This document shows positions 1 through 54,162 of a stretch of 64,000 nucleotides of DNA, piece by piece. Source of the DNA: Hormiphora californensis (taxonomy: Eukaryota; Animalia; Ctenophora); assembly GCA_020137815.1 (NCBI GenBank), contig CM035355.1:4898001-4962000 (forward strand), in the 5' to 3' direction. The notes beneath the pieces are model-generated. The model was given only the letters and a program-made list of their open reading frames with translations. It ran no database searches and was not told the origin of the DNA. The translations under genes were made by a program, and so were the position numbers. Numbering within the stretch: position 1 is the first letter of the stretch; every line of letters begins with the position of its first letter.

Positions 1-85
1 AAGCAGTAAGTGAGATTTGCCTTGTTCGACCCTCCCTCCTTATTATAAAATAAAATAAAAAGGTTTGAACAAAACAAAGTGAGAT

Positions 86-2453
86 ATGGCTGCTAGAAAT
101 GGAGTTACTGCCTTGGCTAGGAGTCTCTCATCCAAACCAATTGATTTAGATCCGGTAAGAAGCGCGAATTACACCATTAGATAATCAGTTATTAATCGGG
201 TCTTTAAATGATTATCCACCCGTTTCGATTCAAATGATAGTTCCACGATGTAGGAGAGATTGGAAAGGTTTATTAGCCGCATAAACAGGTGTAACGGGTG
301 ACAACTAAAAATTGTCCCTAATCTAAAACGGCTGTAGAATTTTTCCCTTTTGAGATACAGCTTCGGGCCAGTGATAGAACGATTTTTTAGACAATTTTGA
401 ATCAGAATAACATTTGCCTTGTTCGACCCTAAAATAAAAAGGTTTGAACAAAACAAAATAACATATCGGCAAAGACTAAAAAGTTCATTTTCATTGCGAT
501 ATCGCATCATTTCCTCTTGCCCCACCAAATCATCAAGTACGGAGATTCGAAATTTCTATGTGATCAGAAACAACCTTCCCGATGAGTTAACATTCTCAAA
601 ATTGGAAGTTTGGTGGTTCATGCCATACCCAACATAACTGCCAAGTTTGAACATTTCAGCTTATTAGGAAGTTGGTTTTCCACGTCATTACTCTTTTTAG
701 AGATCATCGAAATGGCGATTTCTCAAATTACCTGTAAACTACGCTTTTGAAGGTTCGTTACAGAAGATTCTGCTCAGGAAATTGAGATTTATGAAGTTTG
801 AAACGAAGTTAATTTTGTTCAAAATTGTCTGAAAATTCATTCTATCACTGTCCCGATGCTGTATCTCAAATAGAACAGGTGCTAGAGATGCTAGAAAAGT
901 GTGTAGATTTCCCGTACTACATGCATTGGTGGAGCAAGAGGAAATAATGCGATATCGCAATGAAAATGAACATTTTAGCCTTTGCCGGTATGTTATTCTG
1001 ATTCAAAATTGTCTAAAAAATCGTTCTATCACTGGCCCGAAGCTGTATCTCAAAAGATAAAAATTATACAGCCGTTTTAAATTAGGGACAATTTTTAGTT
1101 GTCACCCGTTACATTCCTACTTGATCTAAACCTTGTTTTTCAGGCAGGTCTATTCAAGGATAAAGCCCTCTCGGCACGATACGATAAATTCCGACCCAAG
1201 TTACCTATTGTCCTAATAGAGACCATAGTAGAGAAGTTGTTAGGGGGACGAAGGCCCGGATTATGGCTGGATGTAGGATGTGGGCCTGGCAATAGCACAA
1301 AACAGTAAGTAGTATACGTCGTTAAATTGCTTTTCTCACCCTCTCTCATTTACAAAATAAGTTTTGGTACTACAACAACAGATCTTCCCACCTAAATTAT
1401 TATTGTTAGTTTGATATCAGTTAATAATTTTCAGGATCATAGGACATGCAGATAAGATTGTAGGGGTGGATATTTCAGAGACACAGATTGAGGTGGCACG
1501 AAAAGCAGTTATCGACCCTTCCGTTACATTTGCTACGGTAATTTATTGACACACACTCTGACACAGACACACGTCACACACATTGTGATTGTTTCTCTCA
1601 AAATGATACGACCTTGATCGAGACAGAAGATTTATCTATCACTCGTCAAACCTCGCGGAACCTCGTTCTACTAGGATCGAATTGAGGAAGAAGGGTCGCT
1701 AGACAAGGCTAGACTCTCGTGATTAATCTTTTTATTTTCTTGCAGGGAGGGTGTGATAATTTGCCGGCAGAGTCGAACAGTGTCGATGTAATCACTGCAG
1801 TGCAGGCAGCACACTATTTCGACCTACCCGCTTTCTTCAAAGAGGTATTACAATGTTACATGTTGTTAGCATGTTACATGTTCCTAACATGTTTTGTTTT
1901 CATTCTGATGTACGTGAGTTTGTTTTCACAAAAAAGTCAGACCCTGATCATTTTGCAGCACCTAATTCATGTTTTCCTGACCAAACACAGCCTCGAGATA
2001 CATATCCCGCTCTGCTCTTCACAACAGGTTTCTCGGTGCCTGCGAACTAGTGGGTGTGTTAACTTGATCTGTTATCCAGACCCCCATATCCCGACCTCAC
2101 CCTCCCTCTCGGCCGCCCTCCACCACTATAACCTAACCACTCTACACGGATATTTCCCTGCGTGTCGCCGAGAACACTTCTCTACCCGGTACTCGACCAT
2201 CCAATTTCCTGAGGGATGGACTCGCTCCACACACGAGATAGACCTGCGGTTACCAATCACATACCTGGGGTTACTGGACTTGGTTTCAACTTGGTCTGGC
2301 TTCAAGAACATGTGTAATGAAAGGGGATGGAGTTTGGAGAGAGGGATTGAGGAAGTTGAGGGGGTGTTTAGGGAGTTTATCAGGGAGGAGGATAAGGAGG
2401 GGGATCATGAGCTTGGGTATACTTGTACCATGGTGTCGGCTGTTAAGATTTGA
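86..2453 (+). CDS. Class I SAM-dependent small-molecule methyltransferase (Methyltransf_11, Tmt1/Crg1-like), isoform A, ~285 aa
   Basis: Phase-consistent GT-AG exons 86-154, 1144-1304, 1435-1537, 1746-1844, 2028-2453. Motif I LDVGCGPGNST, post-I IVGVDISETQI, motif II SVDVITAVQAAHYFD, then VSRCLRTSG. N-terminus MAARNGVTALARSLSS resembles a mitochondrial transit peptide. Confidence 0.85.
290..1113. mobile_element. MITE-like foldback element in methyltransferase intron 1
   Basis: Long imperfect terminal inverted repeats TGTAACGGGTGACAACTAAAAATTGTCCCTAAT... / ...ATTAGGGACAATTTTTAGTTGTCACCCGTTACA. No coding capacity. TSD not resolved. Confidence 0.75.
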
Positions 2454-2664
2454 TTGAAGGTAAATATATTGTGCTTCACCTCTTTCACCTCATCTTGCCT
2501 TGTCCAGTTTTCTGAAGCGGAGCAGCGTCAGCAACGTTATAGTTATCAATGGTTATTGTCATCACTGTGTGTCATATATATTGTCTGTCTTTACCCTATG
2601 TTTGTTGTGTATCTCCCCTTCTTGCTCTATAAATTCCCTAAATATTCTCTCTCTCTAATTCCAG

Positions 2665-3099
2665 GTTGAACGTGTTTTGAAGCCCGGTGGTGCTCTAGCC
2701 CTGATCCTCTTTAAAACCCCCGCCTGTGTCTCTTGTCCTACTCTTGGTGCAGCCCACCGGTCTCTTGATGAAGTGCTGATGAGTTACGGAACGACTGCAC
2801 TTCACCGATACTACATCCCTAACTACACCACTATCACTCTCCCCTGGGAGGGTGAGAGTGGTCGACACGTGGTGGAACATGAGATACACATGACGTGGAA
2901 TATGGAAAACACCTTGGATTACCTGCTTAGTTACAGCATGACAACGCGGGCATGCGAGGAGCGGGGTTTAACCATGGAGGGTTGGAGGGAGTGGATGAGG
3001 GAGTTTTATAGGGAGAGAGGGGTCGAGGGAGAGGGTGACGAGACGTGGTGCCATACTGCACTTATGGTCGCTACAACACGGCCTACCGAGGGCAAATAG
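2665..3099 (+). CDS. Alternative last exon (isoform B, ~288 aa) of the same methyltransferase
   Basis: Acceptor ctctctaattccag, phase 0, matching the exon-4 donor at 1844. Reads VERVLKPGGALALILF (motif III) ... LDYLLSYS ... TALMVATTRPTEGK*, colinear with exon 2028-2453. No upstream methyltransferase exons of its own lie between 2453 and 2665. Confidence 0.82.
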   Translation, partial: VERVLKPGGALALILFKTPACVSCPTLGAAHRSLDEVLMSYGTTALHRYYIPNYTTITLPWEGESGRHVVEHEIHMTWNMENTLDYLLSYSMTTRACEERGLTMEGWREWMREFYRERGVEGEGDETWCHTALMVATTRPTEGK

Positions 3100-3299
3100 A
3101 AGGGAAGGGCTTATAATACACTACTTTTTAATTTGATTAATTTAATCTGTGATATTTGACTCGCGAATATGTAACGATGATTTAGTATTTTTTTGATAGA
3201 CGAAAAATCTGATTTGATCTTTTTTAAATGATATGAGTTGTTTTATTTCCCTTTTCTATAGGTACTGAGTACTCACAATCCTTCTATTATATAGCTCTC

Positions 3300-14356
<11,057 letters not shown>

Positions 14357-15043
14357 ATATATCAGGACTACTGTTAAATTATTATCTGTTTTTAATTGTA
14401 GGGCGAGGTACTGTCCTGTCTCGATGTGGGGGACAATGCCTTTCAAGTGGTGTGTCTATCTTTTAGTTTTATCAAAAGTGTCTTTGTATCTCATGATTAC
14501 ATGGGCTAGGACTGCCTGCTGAAATTGTTTCACTTGCTAAATTGCAAGTTTCATTTGCAACATGTTGCAACAGCCGCTATTACAAATATAGCCGGCTGTT
14601 TTAATAAATATTTTATTGCTCCGGCTTGGGTGATTTTTGTTTTGTAAACAAATCAAATGCTGGTTCTGTTGAGTGTTGATAATCAAGTTTCCGAAAACTA
14701 AACCGACCTTTTAATAATTGTATATTGGTCGTAGGAGGGGCCATGAAAGACGAATATGGTGCATATAATTAATAAAATTAATAAAATGTACGCTTGTTTT
14801 GGTACGCGCAAATACTAAGCCGCGCTTGAGCTTTTAAAAATGCAGTGCGCGCGGCAGTTGTACTGAGCCGGGTAGGGCGGTTTTTTTTTAAAGTTCAAAA
14901 ATCGAAATTTTCTCGCTCGTAAAAAGTTTTTTTTGAAAACGTGGGCCATTTCAGTTTTTGAGGTGCTCTCGCAGCTCACGGTGTATGCTTTACAGACTAT
15001 CAATGTCCAGAAAATCCATATTTAGTGCTATTTCGTATGTCAA

Positions 15044-15956
15044 ATGTCTTCGAATGAGAGTAACGTGCTGCGAGCGTTTGCCTACTCCAAGGAATTTCTA
15101 GTTGGTGGCTCAGCTACCACCACTGCTTGTCTGTTTACCAATCCTTTGGACGTTGTTAAGACACGGTTCCAACTTCAAGGCGAACTTCAAGCTCGTAACT
15201 CCTACCAAGTCAAATATCGAAATGTGTTCGACGCGTTCCTGAAGATTGCTCGGCATGAGGGAATTAAAGGGCTTCAAAAGGGTCTGACGTCAGGTTTGGC
15301 GTATCAGATTGTTATGAATAGCACCCGGCTGGGCCTTTACCAAACCATTCTCAACTCCGGTACAACAGTGGACTCTAATGGCAAACAAGTATTTTGGAGG
15401 TTACTCATTGCTGGAGCCGTATCAGGAAGTTGTGGAGCGCTGCTAGGAAACCCATTCTACCTAGTCAAGGTGCAAATGCAGTCAGCAGCAGCAAAAGATA
15501 TTGCAGTGGGGTACCAACACAGCCATGCCAACCTGATTCACGGATTACGAAATGCTTACCGCTCACCCGGGGGACTGTTTCCAAGGTCTCACCAGTGCCT
15601 TGTGTAGAGTGAGTGTGGGCTCAGCCACCCAACTTGCAACCTTCACTAGAATCAAAGATTCCGTTCAGAGGTCAGGACTATTTGAGGGTAACCTCTCTGT
15701 TGTAGTTGTATCCAGTTTAGTAAGTAGTGTGGCGATAACCATGGCAATGACCCCATTTGACGTCATAGCAACCCGCATGTTCAACCAGAAGCATGGAGCG
15801 CTCTATACAGGCTGGATTGATTGTGTTCAGAAAATGTATAAAATTGAGGGAGCACGTGGGTTTTATAAGGGTACAATAGCACATTATTTCAGAATTGGCC
15901 CTCATACCATTCTTACCCTGATCATTTGGGACAGGTACAGAAAATGGTTTTTGTAG
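15044..15956 (+). CDS. Mitochondrial carrier, SLC25A34/A35 (yeast Oac1-like), intronless, ~303 aa, with one frameshift at ~15578
   Basis: Three carrier signatures NPLDVVKTRFQLQGEL, NPFYLVKVQMQ, TPFDVIATRMFNQ, plus LQKGL and FRIGPHTILTL. ORFs 15044-15607 and 15552-15956 join as GGLFQGLTSALCRV if one base of TTTCC is removed. Confidence 0.88.
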
Positions 15957-16304
15957 AGGGATTTTACAATTTAACTTATTACATTATGAATGCGTTACTG
16001 TTTTTAGTTTTAGTTATCTCAGTGTCTATTTGTATTTGGATTTAACACCAATCTATGGTTGTTTGTAATACCAGTGTGCTCTTTTTATATTCTCATTTTG
16101 CCCTTTGAAGAACCAACCTCTCTCTGTCTAATTGTTGTTGTTGCAAGAGATACTGATCCCTTCTCCCCCCTCATAATATTTACCTGTTTATTTAGCGCAC
16201 ACATCTCTCCTACTGATCTCCTGCTGCTCCTGCGTGTGTGTAATATATGGATTATTAGTTCCTGTACGAGATATGTAAGATATGATATCCGGTGATACAA
16301 TAAC

Positions 16305-38939
<22,635 letters not shown>

Positions 38940-39659
38940 AATGTTAAAATCACATCTTCTCCGCAAGGGAAATACGGAGAGGAAACCTGGGTTCTTAAAT
39001 ATTTTTCAGAAAGAGAGACACACACAAAGTGAGAGAGTGTGTGATTTGTACATAAATGTCAAGTGCAGCTCTGCGTCATAAAAAGCCGACCTCTGCCATC
39101 CTGTTTCTAGCTAACAGGACGGATGGGGGTCGTCTCCCGCGAGGTCGATAACTTATTCTTTTATATCTAACTGCAAACATGTGATATACAGCTACTTTGA
39201 AAAACATACAGCTATCATGATGTTGCTATTACAGGGACGGGACTTTACTAAAAATATAATTCCTCTTTTCATTTTTCTATCACACTCTGAAATGAACTCG
39301 CAAAAGAGCAAAAACGTGTGTGAGTGAGAGACTGAGTGAACATTTTTTTATTACCCATTAATTTTATTTCAATCTTTTTAAACACTGCCAAGAATCCTCC
39401 CCCTCACTTTGTGCTAACACTGTTATGTGTACACAAGTCGGGACGAATTGGCGGCAAAAAGTGAGAGATCAAGAAAGATAGAGAGAGAGTGAGGTATATC
39501 ATTAATTAACAGACAAAATCTACCTCTCAGATTATTTTATTTTTCGACATTTTTTTCTATGTTATGCACCAACAACCCCCAAATGTATTTGGTGGATCAG
39601 GCCCTATGGGTGACTGCCACGACGAGACACGTCGCATATCATTTCATCACAGAGAGAAG

Positions 39660-39734
<75 letters not shown>

Positions 39735-39898
39735 GAGATTTCTAAAAAGCATGGTTACAACAGTCAGTTTCTTTTATGTAAATTCCCTGTCAATATCCGT
39801 GTGATATCACCACCATAAATTTAATGATTTTACTTTTAAATGATAGAGAGTTGAGAAAGAGAGAAAGTTAGCGAGCGTAAGAGAGAAACAGAGAGAGA

Positions 39899-40820
39899 AC
39901 TGTATGGCGGCGCCATACCCCATTTGACAGTGCGCTCAGATGGGGTCGGCGGCGCCAGACAGAGAGAGAGAGAGATGGAAAGTTTGCACCCAATAATATT
40001 AATCTGGTCTCTTCTCACGACCAATCTTCTACTCTGCAATGAAAACTAATAGTTGAAAATATCCAAGAACTGTGTTTTCCTTTGTCCCTACTCCCGGTAT
40101 ACACCTAGGACTGAACCAGAACTGAGAATGGTGGATTAGTTCTTTGTCAGTACACAGTACGGGGTTAGTGTGACTCACTACCTGTGTGGCGGTGCCAGAC
40201 TCCGATTTGCGCTTAGATCGACTCGGCGTCGCCAGACATCTCACTACCTGTCTGGCGCCGCGACCCCATCTGAGCGCACTGTCTGACAATCAAATGGGGT
40301 ATGGCGCCGCCATACAGCTCACTACTGAGTGCTGGCATCTAACTTCTTGACCACAGTTCTCGTACGCTCTTTGAAAGAAAGACCAATGCTCTGACAGTTG
40401 ATACAATTACATGAGATCGGGTGAATCACTGACCCTTGCTGTCAGAGCAATAAGCGGAGTGCTCGAGAACTGTGATCTGAGTTGTCAGACCGCGTAGCCG
40501 CACCGGGCCGAAGCGAGGCTGTCAGTCCAATGATCTGACCACAGTTCTCTCGCGCTCCGAGAGAAATGAGAATAGGGTCAGGCCAATGCTCTGACAGGTG
40601 CGAAGAGGACGGTCTTATATGAGACAAGGTCAGAGCATTGGCCTGACAGGACCCTTGTCAACAGAGACAGATTGGAGTGTCAATGGTGTATGCACTATTT
40701 AGTATTTAGTCCGCCTTGTCGAATATCAGTAAGGGGTTACTCAACAACGCCCTGTCTGGCGCCGCCGACCCCATCAGGGCGTACTGTCGAACTGAGAATC
40801 AAATTGGGGTATCAGACAAC
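39899..40820. repeat. Cluster of ~60-90-bp palindromic mini-MITEs (CTGTCTGGCGCCGCC...GGCGGCGCCAGACAG and CTGTCAG...CAATGCTCTGACAG families)
   Basis: Copies at ~39899-39962, 40181-40240, 40247-40317, 40441-40597, 40751-40820. Dispersed relatives at ~3521-3592, 35702-35773, 38737-38793, 56757-56842. Confidence 0.7.
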
Positions 40821-41443
40821 GCCCTATTTCTTGTTAAGTACTCAACAACCTATTTCAGTATTTTAACAAAGTAAAACGCTTCATATTTTGTACTAAATTG
40901 GACATAATCACATCACACCACTTATGGCCACATAAAAATAAATAGCTAACGTAAAATAAAGGACAAGGGGACAGGAGTCACTCCTGGCGGGCCCAGTCAC
41001 AAATACACACGCACACGTTCATTCTGGTAGTAGAGGCAATAATTACACTCACCTCCTCTGATTTCTATGAAACTTCTCCCATGCTAAGAGGTGGCAATAG
41101 AGGTTCAAATACCACAGAGTTTAAGTCTGAACAATGTTCGGTTCGTTAATTATCGCTAATTTAAAAACGCCAAAATGGCCTAAAATCGCCCTAAGTTCCG
41201 AATTGAAATTTTGGAGTTGAGACTCCAGACTTCGTGGAGATGTCCGCTAGGATGACAATATGCACCAAAATCGGACGTAAGCCTAAATTCGTCCGAATTT
41301 GGTACGAAACGCCGGGTAGACTGAATTTTGGTCACGTGACATGGGTCCAAAATCAGTTTTTTGCCATTTACGCCTTTCCTGTACGTTGGAGACTAAAAAT
41401 ATGGCCAGTACTTGTCATTTCCATCGCTTTCTGCATCTTTTAA

Positions 41444-41550
41444 GCCCCCTATAAATATCCCTTACTTCAACGGTTCAGAAGTGACGTCATTTAGTCCCCT
41501 GAAAAACTCTAACTACTGAACCGTTGGAGTAAGGGATATTTATAGGGAGC
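41444..41550. mobile_element. 107-bp MITE with TTAA TSD
   Basis: TTAA-GCCCCCTATAAATATCCCTTACT ... AGTAAGGGATATTTATAGGGAGC-TTAA. Confidence 0.8.
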
Positions 41551-41554
41551 TTAA

Positions 41555-42944
41555 GGGTACGCTAACCAAAAATTTTTTTCGAGTGCAGGGAAATCTCTCA
41601 CCGTAGGGTTGTAGGCCATACCAAGGAGACCTCAAATATGCAATTTTAGCCCTTAAGTCGAATTCATATTTTTGCTACAGCTGTTTAAAAAATGTCCTGA
41701 AAATACGTTTTTGGCATCTCAAAAATTTTTTTTCAAAGATAGGAGCATGAAAATTTAGGGATTTGAAGAGGACATGAAGGTGAATAACCACAAAAAATTT
41801 TTTTGCAATCCGAGCTGATTTCCGGTCCTGAGATGGATTTCTTTTTTTCCACTTTAACGCCCTATTTGGCAAAGTTCCGAAAACATGTGAAAGCTGTAAA
41901 TTGGTGAAAAGTTGCGTCTAACGATTATCTAAGTGGCCATAAATTTTGGGCGTGTCCTTATTTGAGATAAGCTGTACAGAGTTTTTTTTGTGAAAGCCGT
42001 CATTTAGGAAATAAATAAATTCCCTGTATCTCAAAAACGGCTGATCGTAGAGACCTGAGACTATGCTTAAACGATTCAGAAGGTCCGATTTTGGGGGGGT
42101 CTTCTGAGAGACATTTTGCTCCTACTTCAACCGTTCTTGCTGTAATTGCGAAAAACAAAAACCCATCTTCGCCATCGTGGATTTTTTGAGATTTTGTTTT
42201 TGGTGATTATAGGGACCCATATGGACCAAATAGTGAAGGAATTAGCTTGTTACACATTTTTCCATAGTTTCGGTCCTTTCTTAGCTAAAATTCCCTAATT
42301 ACAGGATATTGGAGTTTAGCTTTTGCCCTTTTCATAGAATTTGTTTTTCATAATTACAGCAAAAACGGTTGAAGTAGGAGCAAAATGTCTCTCAGAAGAC
42401 CCCCCCAAAATCGGACCTTCTGAATCGTTTAAGCATAGTCGCAGGTCTCTACGATCAGCCGTTTTTGAGATACAGGGAATTTATTTATTTCTGAAATGAC
42501 GGCTTTCACAAAAAAAACTCTGTACATCTTATCTCAAATAAGGACGCGCCCAAAATTTATGGCCATATAGAGAATCGTTAGACGCAAATTTTGACCAATT
42601 TACAGCTTTCACATATTTTCGGAACTTGGCCAAATATGGCGTTAAAGTCAAAAAAAAGAAATCCATCTCAGGACCGGAAATCAGCTCGGATTTCAAAAAA
42701 AATGTTTGTGGCTACTCACCTCTTTGTCCTCTTCAAATCCACAAATTTTTATGATCCTATCTTTACAAATGTATTTTTAAGATGCCAAAAACTTATTTTC
42801 AGTTCATTTTTCAAGCAGCTGTAGCAAAAATATGAATTCGACTTGAGAGCTCAAATTGCATATTTGAGGTCTCCTTGGCATGGCCTACAACCCTACGGTG
42901 AGAGATTTCCCTGCACTCGAAAAAAAATTTTGGTTAGCGTACCC
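41555..42944. mobile_element. 1390-bp Kolobok-like foldback MITE, copy 2
   Basis: TTAA at 41551-41554 and 42945-42948. Near-identical to 4439-5828. Confidence 0.9.
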
Positions 42945-43360
42945 TTAAAAGATGCAGAAAGCGATGGAAATGACAAGTACTGGCCATATTTTTGGTCTCC
43001 GACGTACAGGAAAGGCGTAAATGGCAAAAAACTGATTTTGGACCCATGTCACGTGACCAAAATTCAGTCTACCCGGCTTTTCGTACCGAATTCGGACGAA
43101 TTTAGGCTTCCGTCCGATTTTGGTGCATATTGTCATCCTAGCGGACATCTCCACGAAGTCTGGAGTCTCAACTCCAAAATTTCAATTCGGAACTTAGGGC
43201 GATTTTAGGCCATTTTGGCGTTTTTCAATTAGCGATAATTGACGAACCGAACATTGTTCAGACTTGAACTCAGCGGTATTTGAACCTCTATTGCCACCTC
43301 TTAGCATGGGAGAAGTTTCATAGAAATCAGAGGAGGTGAGTGTAATTATTGCCTCTACTA

Positions 43361-45735
43361 TCACCCCCTGTCCGGAGTACTGCTTTTTTTTCTTCTGTGT
43401 GTGTGTCGCAACACTGGAATCGTGCGCGTTCAGGGCATGTTTCAAGTTCCACGTGTCATAGCGTAGCCCCTAATTAGATTAACGAATAATTATTCACACT
43501 AGGTTCAAGCCCAGACAATTCCTAATACCGTAGATCAAACCCGGACTTGATTGGATAAACACAGGCTAGGCTATGGGCTCTTTTGTAAAAGTCGTCATGA
43601 TTCTGTAAACCACAGAATCTGTCAACCTAGGCAGCTTCTCCGGCTCACTGAAAGAGTAATATCCCGAAATTCAAAAAAAGGCGAGATATGCCCTCTAGAC
43701 AATTGTCTGCTGAAGAAGCTGGTGTAATTTTTTTCAAGATCCGACGTAAGACGTAGCCAGTTAGCTGTAACATTTGAAATCATGCTCATAATTCGTGTGG
43801 TGCGTCACAGTGCTGACACATTGATGTTTAGAGAGTACTGCTTTTTTCCGGAGTACTGCTTTTTCTCTCTCTGCCAAGAGGGCGCGTAGGGGGCTGTGTG
43901 TGGGGACTGTGAATGTGTTGGAGTGTGGTGTATCAAGGCAGTGTGTGTGGTATTCTGATTTCTGTCTCTTACACGACTTAGTGTACCGGATATTATAAGA
44001 GTAGACTGTTATTATACATGACACATAATGCTTCATATTCCCCTCAGCTGTCCCTACCGGCGACCCCACTCCTCATCTGCTCCATCTCTCAGCTAACCTA
44101 CCCCTCATCTCCCTCATCTACTCCATCTCTCAGATATCCTAGTCGGGTCCCTACCCCTCATCTACGCCATCTCTCAGCTACCCTACCCCAGAGCCCCCAT
44201 CTACTCCATCTCTCAACTACCCTTCCCCCTCCCCATATACTACATCTCTCAGCTACCGGCTACCCTACCCCTCATCTACTCCATCTCTCAGCTACCCTAG
44301 CCATCATCTACGCCAACTCTCAGGTACCCTACCCCTCATATAATACATCTCTCAGATATCCTACCCCTCATCTATTCCATCTCTCAGCTATTCTACCCCA
44401 CAGCTACCATATTCCTCAGGTACCCCAATACTCCATCCTGCTAGATAACTGTGTAGATACTCCTAGAACCTTTCAGGTACCCTTACAACCTGGTCTGGTG
44501 GGTATCCTTGTTGAGTAAGGGTATCCTGGGGGAAGCATCTAATAAGATCTTACAGTTATCTAGCAGGATGGAGTATTGGGGTACCTGAGGAATATGGTAG
44601 CTGTGGGGTAGGATAGTTGAGAGATGGAATAGATGAGGGGTAGGATATCTGAGAGATGTATTATATGAGGGGTAGGGTACCTGAGAGTTGAAGTAGATGA
44701 GGGGTAAGGTAGCTGACTGCTGAGATGAGGGGCACGGTAGCTGAGAGATTTAGTAGATGGGGAGGGGGAAGGGTAGCTGAGAGATAGAGTAGATACGGGA
44801 TAGGGTAGCTGAGAGATCGAGTAGATGAGGGGTAGGGTAGCTGAGAGATCGAGTAGATGAGGGGTCTGGGGTAGGGTAGCTGAGAGATGGCGTAGATGAG
44901 GGGTAGGGACCCGACTAGGGTATCTGAGAGATGGAGTAGATGAGGTAGATGAGGGGTAGGATAGCTGGTGCCTGGTAGTTGGAGTAGATGAGGGGTAGGT
45001 TAGCTGAGAGATGGAGCAGATGAGGGGTGGGGTCGCCGGTAGGGACAGCTGAGGGGAATATGAAGCATTATGTGTCATGTATAATAACAGTCTACTCTTA
45101 TAATATCCGGTACACTAAGTCGTGTAAGAGACAGAAATCAGAATACCACACACACTGCCTTGATACACCACACTCCAACACATTCACAGTCCCCACACAC
45201 AGCCCCCTACGCGCCCTCTTGGCAGAGAGAGAAAAAGCAGTACTCCGGAAAAAAGCAGTACTCTCTAAACATCAATGTGTCAGCACTGTGACGCACCACA
45301 CGAATTATGAGCATGATTTCAAATGTTACAGCTAACTGGCTACGTCTTACGTCGGATCTTGAAAAAAATTACACCAGCTTCTTCAGCAGACAATTGTCTA
45401 GAGGGCATATCTCGCCTTTTTTTGAATTTCGGGATATTACTCTTTCAGTGAGCCGGAGAAGCTGCCTAGGTTGACAGATTCTGTGGTTTACAGAATCATG
45501 ACGACTTTTACAAAAGAGCCCATAGCCTAGCCTGTGTTTATCCAATCAAGTCCGGGTTTGATCTACGGTATTAGGAATTGTCTGGGCTTGAACCTAGTGT
45601 GAATAATTATTCGTTAATCTAATTAGGGGCTACGCTATGACATGTGGAACTTGAAACATGCCCTGAACGCGCACGATTCCAGTGTTGCGACACACACACA
45701 GAAGAAAAAAAAGCAGTACTCCGGACAGGGGGTGA
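43361..45735. mobile_element. 2375-bp foldback element with ~1.1-kb arms, internal ~30-bp minisatellite, 3-bp TSD CTA
   Basis: CTA|TCACCCCCTGTCCGGAGTACTGC ... GCAGTACTCCGGACAGGGGGTGA|CTA. Outer ~700 bp nearly identical between arms. Inner arms are repeats of CCCTACCCCTCATCTACTCCATCTCTCAGCTA. ~100-bp spacer near 44452-44551. Confidence 0.88.
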
Positions 45736-45888
45736 CTATGGGGACAGATATTTCATGCAAGCACACACACTCAATTCGGTGATTCAGAGAGCGCGCACAG
45801 TTCGTGGAACAAATGCTGCAGATGGTCTACTTTTGTCAGTGTCCCTCTGCGCGTTCCATCAAGAGTATTGTATCTCGTAAGAGCAGCT

Positions 45889-54133
<8,245 letters not shown>

Positions 54134-54162
<29 letters not shown>

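Larger units (their letters stand above)
41030..43358. mobile_element. Near-perfect palindromic MITE (~820 bp when empty, probable TA TSD) carrying two insertions at its central TTAA
   Basis: Arms 41030-41439 and 42949-43358: TA|GTAGAGGCAATAATTACAC ... GTGTAATTATTGCCTCTAC|TA. Empty centre would read GCATCTT-TTAA-AAGATGC. Confidence 0.85.

Noticed and set aside
1719-2453. 244-aa single-exon protein
   Set aside because: It is exon 4, an open intron and exon 5a of the methyltransferase, and lacks motif I.
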